This document shows, piece by piece, positions 8,993 through 18,565 of a DNA stretch of 64,000 bases (the stretch's first letter is position 1; each line of letters starts with the position of its first letter). The notes beneath the pieces were generated by a model, which was not told the DNA's origin, did no database searches, and saw nothing but the letters and a program-made list of their open reading frames with translations. The position numbers and the translations under genes were made by a program. Source of the DNA: Planctomycetota bacterium (GTDB lineage Bacteria > Planctomycetota > JAJSAM01 > JAJVHW01); the NCBI GenBank assembly GCA_965248445.1, contig CBDFJG010000004.1, positions 1,664,001 through 1,728,000 on the forward strand, given 5' to 3'.

Positions 8993-10033
8993 GGGGGCGT
9001 CCGAAGTGATGGTCTTCTTCGGCGCGGACGGTGTCCTCCCAACAGGGGCGCCGGACGTCCGTCTCCCGTACCCCCTGAGGAACGGCGGTGCCCAAGATGT
9101 GATCGCGGTTGGAGACCTCACCGGCGACGGGGTTGCCGACATCGCCGTCGGCTCCCCCGCCTTCAACCCCAGGACGGGTATGGTCCACGTCTTCCCCGGC
9201 GGCGACGCCCTGTCCAGCGCCACCCTGGAGGTGACGACCCTGGTGGGCGGGGTCGCGAACGGTCATTTCGGGAGGGGCCTGGCAATCGCCGACGTCACGG
9301 GCGACGGTAAGCCTGACCTGATCGTCGGCGCGGTACGCGACTCCGCCGAACGGGTGCGGATCTTCCCAGGGCCGCTGGCGCAGGGCAACATCGCGGCCAA
9401 CGCAGCAACCATCGTACTCAGCGCCTCTCAAGCATCTTCGGGGTTCGGCGCCGTCGCGGTGGGCGACTACACTGGCAACGGCGTGGCAGACGTGATCGTC
9501 GGCGCACCGGCCCAGAACACCCCGGCCGCCGGGAACTTGCAGGCAGGGGCGGTATTCGTGTTCTTCGGTGGAACGGGGCTCTCCACCGGCGGCGCGGGGC
9601 AAGCGGACGTGGTCTTCGAAGGCGTGTGCCCGGGGGGGCATTCGGCGGGAGCCTCGAGGCCGGGGACCTGAACGGCGACGGTTTCGACGACGTGATCGTC
9701 GGCGCCCCCTCTGAAGGCAACAGTAGCGGCGTGGTCTTCGTCTTCACCGGGTCGGCGAACCCAGCGCAGTTGCAGACATCGACGGTAGACGCGGTGGAGT
9801 TCAGAGGCGAGGGGGCGAACGATCTGTTCGGGGACCTGCAGCGGCCAGTGGACGCGAACGGCGATGGCCTGCTGGACCTCTGCGTGTACGCCCCCGCAAA
9901 CGTCGACGGCGGTGCGGCGTCCGGGAAGTTCTACGTGTTCGCCGGTGCCGCAACGCTTGTGGGCCGCCCCGCCGCAGACGCCGACGTGATCGTCGCCGGG
10001 CAGGCGGGGGACGGTTTGGCTGGCGGTTTGTGA
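8993..10033 (+). pseudogene. FG-GAP (integrin-alpha-like) repeat protein, 5'-truncated by IS1380 and frameshifted near 9630
   Basis: Repeats GDLTGDGVADIAVGSP, ADVTGDGKPDLIVGA, GDYTGNGVADVIVGAP; second frame GDLNGDGFDDVIVGAP. Shift is at or near a G7 run (9632-9638). Confidence 0.85.
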
Positions 10034-10061
10034 CGTCTTCCCGCAGCGCGTGCGCGTGCCG

Positions 10062-10310
10062 CGGCGTTGGTGCATGAGTGCGCCATCGCCTCCGCCTCGA
10101 GCCTGAGCGCGCCGCCCCTCGGGCCCCGATCGCTGCCATGCTCTCGCCAGTTCAGGCTCGGCACACGGGGCACGGGGCATTCATGCACCAACGCCGGTGG
10201 GGTGGACGTGGGACCTCTTGCTCGATGACATGGCGCTGCCTCGTCGGGGGGCCGGGAGGCTCACCGCAGCAGGCCGACCCGGCAAGGAGGCGGTTCATGC
10301 ACCAACGCCG
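10062..10310. repeat. Three copies of a 16-bp motif TCATGCACCAACGCCG (one inverted), IS-end/MITE-like
   Basis: Inverted copy 10062-10077; direct copies 10181-10196 and 10295-10310. Confidence 0.75.
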
Positions 10311-10480
10311 TCCTCCTCTCGGGCCGTCGAGCCCGCTTTGAACACTGCAGAGCGCTCGCGACTGCGCTCAATCGACTTGTAGCGCGGACGCTACTGCGTC
10401 CGGGGGACCGGCCTTCTCATCCCATCTCGGTATCCGCAGGACCCGTCCGCGCGGGTGTCCCGATCTCGATGGTCCCGAGG

Positions 10481-12184
10481 TCAGTTGATCTCGGGCGCGG
10501 TCGCGGCACTTCCGGTCCCGAACGTCGTTCCGGTGTCGTCGATCACGTTGTTGTTGCCGGCGTAGTCGATTCGGGAGCCGGTGAACCGGCAGTTCATCGC
10601 GCTGGTGTCGGTGCCGCTGTTGTCGAGGCCCTCGGCGGCGCAGTTGGACGCCGTGCAGTTCTCCAGCGTGTTGTTGTTGCCCTGGATCCTGAACCCGTCT
10701 CCGTCGCTGTCCCTGGCGGCACAACCCGTCACGCTGTTGTCGTTGCCATCGATGTGGAAAGCGGCCGTGTACGTGCCCGACACACTGTTACCGATCAGCA
10801 CGTTGTCGTTTCCGTCCGCAATCACCCCGAACCCCGCCAGGTGGTTCAGCTTGTTGTCGCGGATGACCACCCCGTTGCCTCCGTGGTCGATGCCGTCCGA
10901 CCCGAGAAAGCTCAGTGAGTTCCGCTGGATCACCGCCGCCCCGAGCATCGTGGCGGATCCGCGCGTGTAGATACCGGTGCAGTAGTACGCTCCGTCCCTG
11001 ACGGTGTTGTTCTCGATCAGGAAGTCATCGCCGCGGACGTAGATGTCCCCGTCAGCCGCCATCACGTGCGCGATCCTGTTCTTGACGATCCGGGCCCTGT
11101 GGCCGGTGTAGTAGATGGCGTACGTGTACTCTTCGTTCAGGTGGCTGATCCGGTTGCCGTCGATGGAGCCGTCGTCGCCGTCGATATAGACCCCGAAGAT
11201 CTCGTCGCCGCCACCAGCTATGTCGTTGATCGCGTTTCGCGTGACGCTCGCTGTGTTCCCGGAAACGTAGATCGCATACGTGTCGGATTCCTCCCCGGCG
11301 CCGCAGATCCGGATCTTGTTGCGGCTGATCGCGGCGTCGTTCCCCTGCACGTAGATGCAATACAGGTCGTAGTAGTAGCCATTCACGTTCTCGATGCAGT
11401 TCTTCGTTACCGTCGCCCGTTCGCCCGCGACGGTGATCCCCCTCTCGATGGAGTAGTTCATCGTCAGTATCTTGTTGCCGGAGACTAGGGCGTCGTCACA
11501 GGACTGGAGGTCGATGACGTGGTCGTAGCTATCGCCAATGTAAGCGTTCTTGAAGACGTTCTTCAGGACCCTGGGGCCCGCCGCGTTCTCCACCAGGATG
11601 TAGGAGTCGCCCGCCATCGAATCGACCGTATTCTTGCAGACCGTGGCCGTTCCACCGTTCTCGGCATCGACCTGGATGCCGACGCCGAGGCCGTAGACGA
11701 ACCGGTTCTTTTGCACCACGGCGTTCGGCCCGTCGATGTCGACGCCGGGGTCGTCGGACCGCTGGCCGCTGAACAGGTTCCGCTCGACCCTGGCAGTCGC
11801 GCCGTCGATGAAGATCCCGGCGCGGCAGGCCCGGAACCGGCACTTCGTTACCGTGGCATCGTCTCCGACGACCGTGACCGGGACCGTTCCGCGCTGGAAC
11901 GTGATGCCCGTGACCGTGACGCTGTCGGCCGTCACGGTCAGCTGGCTGGTCCCGATGGATCCCTCCCAGATCGCACCCTTCTTGCCCTTGAAGGTGAGGC
12001 GCTTCGTCGTCACGACGGCCTCCGGGTACCTGCCCCGTGAGATCACGATCGTGTCCCCGTCCTGCGCGGCGGCCACAGCCTCCGCGATGGTGGCGTGCTG
12101 CTGCGGGACCTTGAGGGTTGCGGCCCAGGCGGTGCCTGAGGAGAAGACGCAGCACATTGCGAAGGCGGTGAGGGCGTAGCGCAT
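10481..12184 (-). CDS. Secreted right-handed parallel beta-helix repeat protein
   Basis: Signal peptide ending AWA; TLKVPQQHATIAEAV...GDTIVISRGRY opening; many GIxV/I...N repeats; 567 aa. Confidence 0.88.
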   Translation of the reverse strand: MRYALTAFAMCCVFSSGTAWAATLKVPQQHATIAEAVAAAQDGDTIVISRGRYPEAVVTTKRLTFKGKKGAIWEGSIGTSQLTVTADSVTVTGITFQRGTVPVTVVGDDATVTKCRFRACRAGIFIDGATARVERNLFSGQRSDDPGVDIDGPNAVVQKNRFVYGLGVGIQVDAENGGTATVCKNTVDSMAGDSYILVENAAGPRVLKNVFKNAYIGDSYDHVIDLQSCDDALVSGNKILTMNYSIERGITVAGERATVTKNCIENVNGYYYDLYCIYVQGNDAAISRNKIRICGAGEESDTYAIYVSGNTASVTRNAINDIAGGGDEIFGVYIDGDDGSIDGNRISHLNEEYTYAIYYTGHRARIVKNRIAHVMAADGDIYVRGDDFLIENNTVRDGAYYCTGIYTRGSATMLGAAVIQRNSLSFLGSDGIDHGGNGVVIRDNKLNHLAGFGVIADGNDNVLIGNSVSGTYTAAFHIDGNDNSVTGCAARDSDGDGFRIQGNNNTLENCTASNCAAEGLDNSGTDTSAMNCRFTGSRIDYAGNNNVIDDTGTTFGTGSAATAPEIN

Positions 12185-12189
12185 GTCAA

Positions 12190-12432
12190 TTGACTCCGTG
12201 TGTGGGGGCGGTGCTGGGGGCAGCCCGGGAACGCGCTCAGGCTAGCACGCGGGTCCTCAAGTACCACGCGCTCTTCCGCGCCGGAGAATTCGCGATGAAG
12301 CTCAAGGACCCGGCGCGTGCGCGGACGTACTTTCAGCGTGTCGTGGACGAGCACGGCGACACGATCCCGCAAGTGCAGCGTTGGCTGCTCGACCGGACGA
12401 AGCAGTACATCTCCGAGATCGACCAGCGCTAG
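12190..12432 (+). pseudogene. TPR-like gene fragment
   Basis: ALFRAGEFAMKLKDPARARTYFQRVVDEHGD resembles one TPR repeat; no good start codon. Confidence 0.4.
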
Positions 12433-12680
12433 CTCTGGATGGCGAGCACGTTGTCTGCACTCGCTGAGGTAGCGGGGGGATGTGAGGCTGTCCTCCGACG
12501 CCGCTGTGGGGCCGCTCGCGATTGTGCTGCTCGGGCCAGGGCGCGAACCCCCTCGGCCTGGGCGCGCATCTCGGCGAAGGAGGTCTCCTGCTCGCCCGTG
12601 AGCTCATCCTGCTCAGCGAGCGGCACGAGCTTGGCGACCAGGTCCTTGCGTGTGTTCTTGAGTTCCAGCACCTTCGACAT
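12429..12680 (-). pseudogene. Truncated phage major capsid protein (N-terminal coiled-coil stub)
   Basis: Lies directly after the head protease with GGAGG RBS. MSKVLELKNTRKDLVAKL...DELTGEQETSFAEM resembles HK97-type capsid N-termini; similarity ends after ~50 aa. Confidence 0.65.
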
Positions 12681-12743
12681 CGGGCGTTCCTCCGGGTCGG
12701 TGTCGTTCGACGAACCCGAGCGTCGATGGCTGCGGAGGGTCGT

Positions 12744-13523
12744 TCAAGTCGTGAGGCGCAGGACCTCGACGATGCGCCGGCGCACCGCAGCGGACGTGCC
12801 CTTGCTGGGCGGATCGATCGTGACGCGGGGTTCCTCGATCTCGGCGACGCGGGGCGGGTCGGGCAGCGCAGGACCCTCGTCCGCGGCCGATGCCGCCAGG
12901 CGCTCGGGGACGCGGCGGAAGCGCGAGAGCCCGAAGACCTGTGCCTTCTTCGCCCCCTTCTCGACCTCGTCCGCAAACCGCTCGGAAACGGCCTCCTCCG
13001 CAGTCATCCACCACTCGCCACCCGCGTCGGTCACGCGCTTGGACACGGCCGGGGCCCGACGGCCAGTGCGCCGAGCGTAGGTCGTGAGCATCGCGGACCA
13101 CGCCTTGTCGAGCGTTCCCGCCTGCCGGCGCATCTCCTCGGCGTCGCCCATCGCAACCGTCCACGGCCGATGGACCATGAGCATGGCGTTCTCGGCCACC
13201 ACCGTCCGGTCGCCAGCCATGGCGATCAGCGAGGCGATCGAGGCAGCGAGCCCGTCGATGTGGATCGTCACCTTCGCAGGGAAGCGGACCAGCGCGTTGT
13301 AGACCGCAATCCCCTCGAACACGTCTCCGCCGGGGCTGTTGATGCGCACCGTGAGTTCGGGGACCTCGCCGAGTGCGTTGAGGTCCTCGATGACCTGGCG
13401 CGCGGCAATCCCGCCGAAGAGGTCCACGCCGAGGATGTCGTAGAGGTAGAGCGTCGGAGCCGGTGCGTCGTCCTCGGCCAGCATGAGCGCGTAGCCCCTG
13501 CAGTCGGTGAGCGCGGTGGTCAT
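12744..13523 (-). CDS. Phage head-maturation protease, ClpP-like
   Basis: INSPGGDVFEG, GLAASIAS (Ser), MVHRPW (His). ATG overlaps the portal stop. Confidence 0.92.
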   Translation of the reverse strand: MTTALTDCRGYALMLAEDDAPAPTLYLYDILGVDLFGGIAARQVIEDLNALGEVPELTVRINSPGGDVFEGIAVYNALVRFPAKVTIHIDGLAASIASLIAMAGDRTVVAENAMLMVHRPWTVAMGDAEEMRRQAGTLDKAWSAMLTTYARRTGRRAPAVSKRVTDAGGEWWMTAEEAVSERFADEVEKGAKKAQVFGLSRFRRVPERLAASAADEGPALPDPPRVAEIEEPRVTIDPPSKGTSAAVRRRIVEVLRLTT

Positions 13524-14833
13524 GGCGTGGTCTCCTCGTCTTCGTCCGGGTCCTCGTCCTCGGGGACGGGTTCCGGGTCGGGTGCGGGTTCGGGGTCTGT
13601 GGGCTGGTCCTCGCCCGCGGGCGTCATGTTGAGCGGCTGGAGGTAGACGTCGCCATCCGCCCCGATTCCGTTGAGGTTCTCCAGGCGGCGGATGTCGTTG
13701 ACCGACCACCAGCCCCACTGGCGACCCTGCGCGTAGCCGCTCATGCGCGCCGCGTAGTCACCGCGAAGCAGTCCGGCGACGTTGTGCTCGGCGAAGTAGC
13801 GTCCGCGCTCCGTGGGGAGCAGCAGGTCGCGCGCGATGGTCTGTTCGAAGCGCACGAGCCAGGGCCGGAGCGTGTAGACCACGAACTCAAGCGACGCCTG
13901 CTCCATGTTGGCGCGGGGCTGCGCCTTGTCGTCGAAGAGCATGTGGAGCGGGACGCGGAAGAGCCGCGCGATCTCTGCGATCTGGAACTTCTTGAGCTCG
14001 AGGAACTGCAGGTCCTCGAAGGTCATCCCGACCTTCTCGAAGCGCGCTCCCTGCTCGAGGATCACGGTCTTGCCGGCGTTGGTGACGCCCGCGTACGCCT
14101 CGTCCCACGACTCCTTGAAGCGCTTGTACTCGGGGTCGTCCATCACCTGCGGGTGGGTGACGACTCCGGCGATGCGGGCGCCGTGCTTGAGCGCCGACGC
14201 GGTGTTGGTCTCCAGCGCGAGCGCGAGGCCGACGCTCTCCCGCGCAACGCCGATCGGGGAGAGACCCGTGGCACCACCCCAGGAGAGTCCGGGGATCCGC
14301 CAGACCTGATCCGTGCGGAGCGTCTCCGGCGGGACGCCTGCCTCCGAGACGTGGAAGACGAGCGGGCCGCCGGGTTGCGGTCGATCTGCCTGGATGGAGC
14401 CCGGCGCGATGGGCCAGATCTCACGCACGTCGCCGCCCCCGTCACGGACCACGCGGGCGTACGCATTGCCGCGCAGGAGCACGTGGGCGCAGAGCGTCTC
14501 GCGGACGGATTGCGCCGTGCTCTCCTCGTTCGCGAGCGTGTGGAGGATGTCGGAGAGCGGGTGCTCGGCCGCGGACCGCTTGTCCCCGTTCGCCTGCCGC
14601 TCGAAGACCATGAGCGGAAGCGTCGAGATGGACTCGGCCAGCACCTTGACGCACGAGAGAACCGCGGTGACGCGGAGGGCCGTCTGGTCGGTGACCGAGA
14701 CGCCCGAGGCGGTCGGCCGACCCACTCCTGGCGTCTTCCAGAACCACTCCGGCGGCTCGTCGCTCAGGAGGAAGGCGCGGAGGCCCGAGCGGAGCCGAGA
14801 GAGCAGACCGCGGCGGGGAGCGAGCGTGGACAC
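13520..14833 (-). CDS. Phage portal protein, HK97 family
   Basis: AVLSCVKVLAESISTLPL, LLRGNAY, GLSPI, EIARLFRVP, YTLRPWL. Confidence 0.95.
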   Translation of the reverse strand: MSTLAPRRGLLSRLRSGLRAFLLSDEPPEWFWKTPGVGRPTASGVSVTDQTALRVTAVLSCVKVLAESISTLPLMVFERQANGDKRSAAEHPLSDILHTLANEESTAQSVRETLCAHVLLRGNAYARVVRDGGGDVREIWPIAPGSIQADRPQPGGPLVFHVSEAGVPPETLRTDQVWRIPGLSWGGATGLSPIGVARESVGLALALETNTASALKHGARIAGVVTHPQVMDDPEYKRFKESWDEAYAGVTNAGKTVILEQGARFEKVGMTFEDLQFLELKKFQIAEIARLFRVPLHMLFDDKAQPRANMEQASLEFVVYTLRPWLVRFEQTIARDLLLPTERGRYFAEHNVAGLLRGDYAARMSGYAQGRQWGWWSVNDIRRLENLNGIGADGDVYLQPLNMTPAGEDQPTDPEPAPDPEPVPEDEDPDEDEETTP

Positions 14834-14905
14834 GCCTCGACGATGAGGCCCTGCGGAGCCTCCCTCTACGCGGAGGCGCGACTGGACCCGCGAGTTGGGC
14901 AGCGG

Positions 14906-16670
14906 TCAACCGACTGCACGCACGCCCCGATACGCGTACGGCGACTCCGGGCGGTCCGGCAGCACCATCAGCCGCGAGAGCGCGGTCACCGCGGCGACCA
15001 CTCCGTCGATCCGCCGCGTCCCCTGGGCGTGACCGCCGGGCTTCACCGGCTTGATGTTCCCGGCGGGGTCCGAGGCGACCTCGCAGTTCGCGACGCACCA
15101 GCACATGACGGGGTTGCCGTCGTGGCGGATGCGGCCCGAACGCACGAGTGCCTCGAAGAGTTTCGAGGGGCCCGAGAGTGATGCGTAGCCCTGGCGCACC
15201 TCGACCATCTGGACGCCGGCCGCGACGAGCGAACTCGCCAGGTGGGTCGCGTTCCAGGGGTCATAGCCGACCTGCGTCAGCCCCGTGAACCGCGGCCGGA
15301 TCTCCTCCATGATCACGCAGTAGACCTCGGCGTAGTCGACCACGCTCCCCTCGGTGACCCTGAGCCAACCCTCGCGCGCCCAGACGTCGTAGGGGACGCG
15401 GTCCTTCTTCGCGCGCTCGCGCAGGATCTCGCGCGGCAGGAAGAGGAACGGCACCAGTTCGACCTCGTAGTCCAGCACGAGGCGGTGCTGGACCGGCGGT
15501 GCCGCGCCGTCCTTCGTCTCGACCATCGAGCGTCTCGACAGGCCGGACTTCGTCGCGCCGGCGGAACGCCAGGACGATCGCCGTGAGGTCGGCAGACGCC
15601 GAGAGGTCGAGTCCCGCGCAGCAGGGCAGCGTCGCGAGGTCCGTGGCGGACGCCGTCCGCCGACACGCCTCCCACGCCTCGGGCGCGATCCACACCGTGC
15701 GGCTCTCGGTCCAGACGTTGAGTTCCAGGCGCAGGAAGCTGTTGCGTTTGCGCGGCTCGGCCTGCGCGGCGGCGCACTCGGCCCGCATGTACTCGAGCGA
15801 TTTCGTGACGCCGAGCGAGGGGTTCGAGGCGTGCCACGTGCGCTCATCCGTCCAGTCAGCCTCGGGAGCGGACTCGAAGATGACGGGCAGGTACTGCGCG
15901 TCCGTGATGACGCCGTCGCGGACCTTCTTCGCGTACTCGTACTCCTCGTAGCAGATCGATTCCCGGTCATCTCCGGCCGTCGTGATGATGAACACCAGCG
16001 GCTGGCGACGCGCGGACGTGCCCTTGTAGAGCGTGTCGTAGAGGTCGCGGGTCTTCTGGGTGTGGAACTCGTCGAAGATCAGCCCGTGCACGTTGAAGCC
16101 GTGCTTGGTCCCGACCTCGGAGGAGACAGCCTTGAAGGTCGAGTTGGTCGCGGTCTGGACGATGGCGTTGCGCAGCACGGTGATGGCGGCGTCGCGCCGG
16201 AAGTCCGGGTTCTCCCGCGCCATGACCGCGGCGTCCCCGAACACGATGCGCGCCTGGTCGCGGTCAGCCGCTGCCGCATAGACATCTGCGCCGGGCTCCG
16301 CGTCGCCGAATGCGAGCAAGAGCCCCATGCCAGAGGCCAAGCCGCTCTTCCCGTTCTTCTTGCCCACCTCGAGGAACGCCTTGCGGAAGCGTCGCGTGCC
16401 GTCCTCGCGCTTCCAGCCAAAGAGCGGCCGGACGATCAGGTCCCGCTGCCACGGCAGCAGACCAAACGGCTTCCCTGCGAACTCCCCCTTGACGTGGCGC
16501 AGGTACGTCGGGAAGAAGTCGCACGCGCGATCCGCCGCCTCTTCGTCGAACCAGTACCGCCCGTCGCCGTCGTCGAGTTGCAGCGACGTCCCGGGCCAGC
16601 GCTCCCAGGGCGGCGGCCCCTCGCCCCACCATGGCGGCAGTGCGGCTCGCGGCGCGCGCCGACTACCCAT
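14906..16670 (-). pseudogene. Terminase large subunit, frameshifted near 15530
   Basis: Walker A VGKKNGKS, Walker B LIFDEFH, ITTAG and GLDLS in frame 1; GYDPWNA, HDGNPV and RIDGVVA nuclease motifs in frame 2. Confidence 0.9.
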
Positions 16671-16980
16671 CGACGCCCCACCGGGGCAGGTGGCGGATCG
16701 GGACACCGAGCGCGTTTGCCGCCGAGATCTCGCGCTCCATGCCCTCGGTGGGCGGGCCCACGACGAGGATCTCGTCCGCAACCGCGAGCCAAGCGAGTCC
16801 TGCCGAGCAGCCGAGCGCGCGTTCGGCTCCAACTGCGTCGTCCAGGAACGCCGGGTAGAGGAGGTGGGGCGCGAGCGGAGCGTCGCCGGCCAGAACGACG
16901 GCCCGGCAGATCTCTCGGGCGACGTCGATGTTGCGGGCTACCTCGCCCCGGTAGGGGGAGCAGACGAACACGCGCTTCAC
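16663..16980 (-). CDS. Phage conserved protein (VFVCSPYRG...APHLLYP type)
   Basis: GTG 16980 overlaps the MTase stop. Motifs VFVCSPYRGE, APHLLYP, GMEREI. Confidence 0.75.
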   Translation of the reverse strand: MKRVFVCSPYRGEVARNIDVAREICRAVVLAGDAPLAPHLLYPAFLDDAVGAERALGCSAGLAWLAVADEILVVGPPTEGMEREISAANALGVPIRHLPRWGVDG

Positions 16981-17781
16981 GAACGCACGACCTCCGCCTT
17001 CTTGCCGGTGAAGCGCTCCCAGCGCTGGACCGCGACGTCGATGTACTTGGGGTCGATCTCCATGGCGAAGCAGCGGCGGCGACGGCGCTCGCAGGCGAGC
17101 AGCGTAGTGCCCGAGCCGTTGAAGGGCTCGTAGACCTCCGGGAAGTCGTGGTTCTCGATCGGCCGCTCCATGCCCACGAGCGGCTTCTGCGTCGGGTGGT
17201 CCCGGCTCCGCGCCGTCGAGCAGCCACGCGACGTCGTCGGGGCTGGTCGAGTCCCCGCAGAGCAGTCGGTGCTCGCCGAGGAGCCACAGGTCGCCAGGCC
17301 GCGCCACGGGTTCCTCTGGCACCGGCGGGATCTCGTCCGGATCGCTCTCGCCGGCGACCGGGCTGAGCAGCCGCGAGATCTCCGCGTCGCTGAAGCCCGT
17401 CACCAAGTGGTCGAAGAAGTCGTCCGACTGGAGTTGCCCCAGCAGCGAGCCGAGCACGTCGTCGTCCCACGATGCGAGTTCGGCTGTGCGGTTGTCGGCG
17501 ATCGCGTAGGCCGTCGCCTCGACGTCGCCCTCGTCCACAACGACGGCTGCGATCTCCGTCCAGCCGAGCGCCCGCGCGGCGGCCAGCGTGCCGTTGCCGG
17601 CGCGTACGACCATGCCGCCCTTCTGGACGACGATCGGCTTGCGCTGCCCGAACTTCGCCAGCGACGCCTTGATGGCGTCGAGGTTGCGAGTGTCGTGGCG
17701 GCGGGCGTTGGCCTGGTCCTCGTGCAGCGAGGCGATCGGCAGGGCGAGCTTCCGCAGCCCCTCCACGATGTGCGTGCTCAC
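16977..17781 (-). pseudogene. ParB-N/DNA amino-methyltransferase fusion with internal deletion
   Basis: ParB-like N-terminus (NARRHD, FGQRKPIVV, ADNR), GDLWLLGEHRLLCGDST, then an abrupt frame change near 17200 to HPTQKP...EPFNGSGTT...EIDPKY. DPPY motif absent. Confidence 0.85.
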
Positions 17782-18050
17782 TTGCGAGCTCCCTTCAGCG
17801 ACGAGGCGACCTGGTTGGCGACGTACTGCTCGGCGAGCGGATCGACGGATCCGTCATCGCGGCAGATGCCGTGGGCGCGCAGCACCGCTGCGAGCGCCTG
17901 GGCCTGATGCGGCGGCACGTCGGCGATGCGTGCCCAGTTGCGCAGCAGCGCCTTCTCGCCGCGACCGTGCTCGAAGGCGAGCGGCCACGCGACGGCCAGT
18001 CGCTGGGCGGCGACGTTGTCCCGCAGGTAGACCAGCGCGGCGGGCTTCAC
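17778..18050 (-). CDS. Phage hypothetical protein
   Basis: 90-aa ORF overlapping both neighbours by GTGA. Confidence 0.65.
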   Translation of the reverse strand: MKPAALVYLRDNVAAQRLAVAWPLAFEHGRGEKALLRNWARIADVPPHQAQALAAVLRAHGICRDDGSVDPLAEQYVANQVASSLKGARK

Positions 18051-18565
18051 GCGCCACCGCCCTTGCCCGCGCGTTTCGAGCGCGATCCACCGGCCACGAG
18101 ACTAAAGAAGCGCTGCGCCATGGCGTTGCCTTGCGTGGCGGCCTCTGCGTCGGCGCGCACGCGGGTAGCGGCGGCCGGCGTCAACCCGAACTCGGTCACG
18201 AGGCGCCGGTACTCGACCTCGGCCTTCTCCATCGCGATCGCGTGGGGGTTGCGGTAGAGCTCGCCCTTGCTGTTGGTCAGCACCTCGCCCATGTCGCGGA
18301 CCTTCGCGGCGAGTCGCAGGAAGCGGACCTTCGCGCGGACGAGGAGTTCGAGAGCCTCGACCTGCTCCCGTTGCAGCACGCCCATGGCGGCGAGCCGCGC
18401 GCCCATGGACCTCCACTCGGAGCGCTCCCGCGCGTCGAGGCCTCGTGGCGGATCGGGCACCCCCGGTGTTCCCTGCGGCTCGCACGGGCTGTTACGGCAG
18501 GGCTGGTACGTGCCTCGCGCGCGCTTCATGGTCGAGGGCAGCGGCGGTGGTCCGCGCCTACCCAC
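18047..18565 (-). CDS. Terminase small subunit, P27 family
   Basis: MGRRGPPPLP...GT N-terminus, NPH motif, EFGLTPAAATR. Confidence 0.9.
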   Translation of the reverse strand: MGRRGPPPLPSTMKRARGTYQPCRNSPCEPQGTPGVPDPPRGLDARERSEWRSMGARLAAMGVLQREQVEALELLVRAKVRFLRLAAKVRDMGEVLTNSKGELYRNPHAIAMEKAEVEYRRLVTEFGLTPAAATRVRADAEAATQGNAMAQRFFSLVAGGSRSKRAGKGGGA

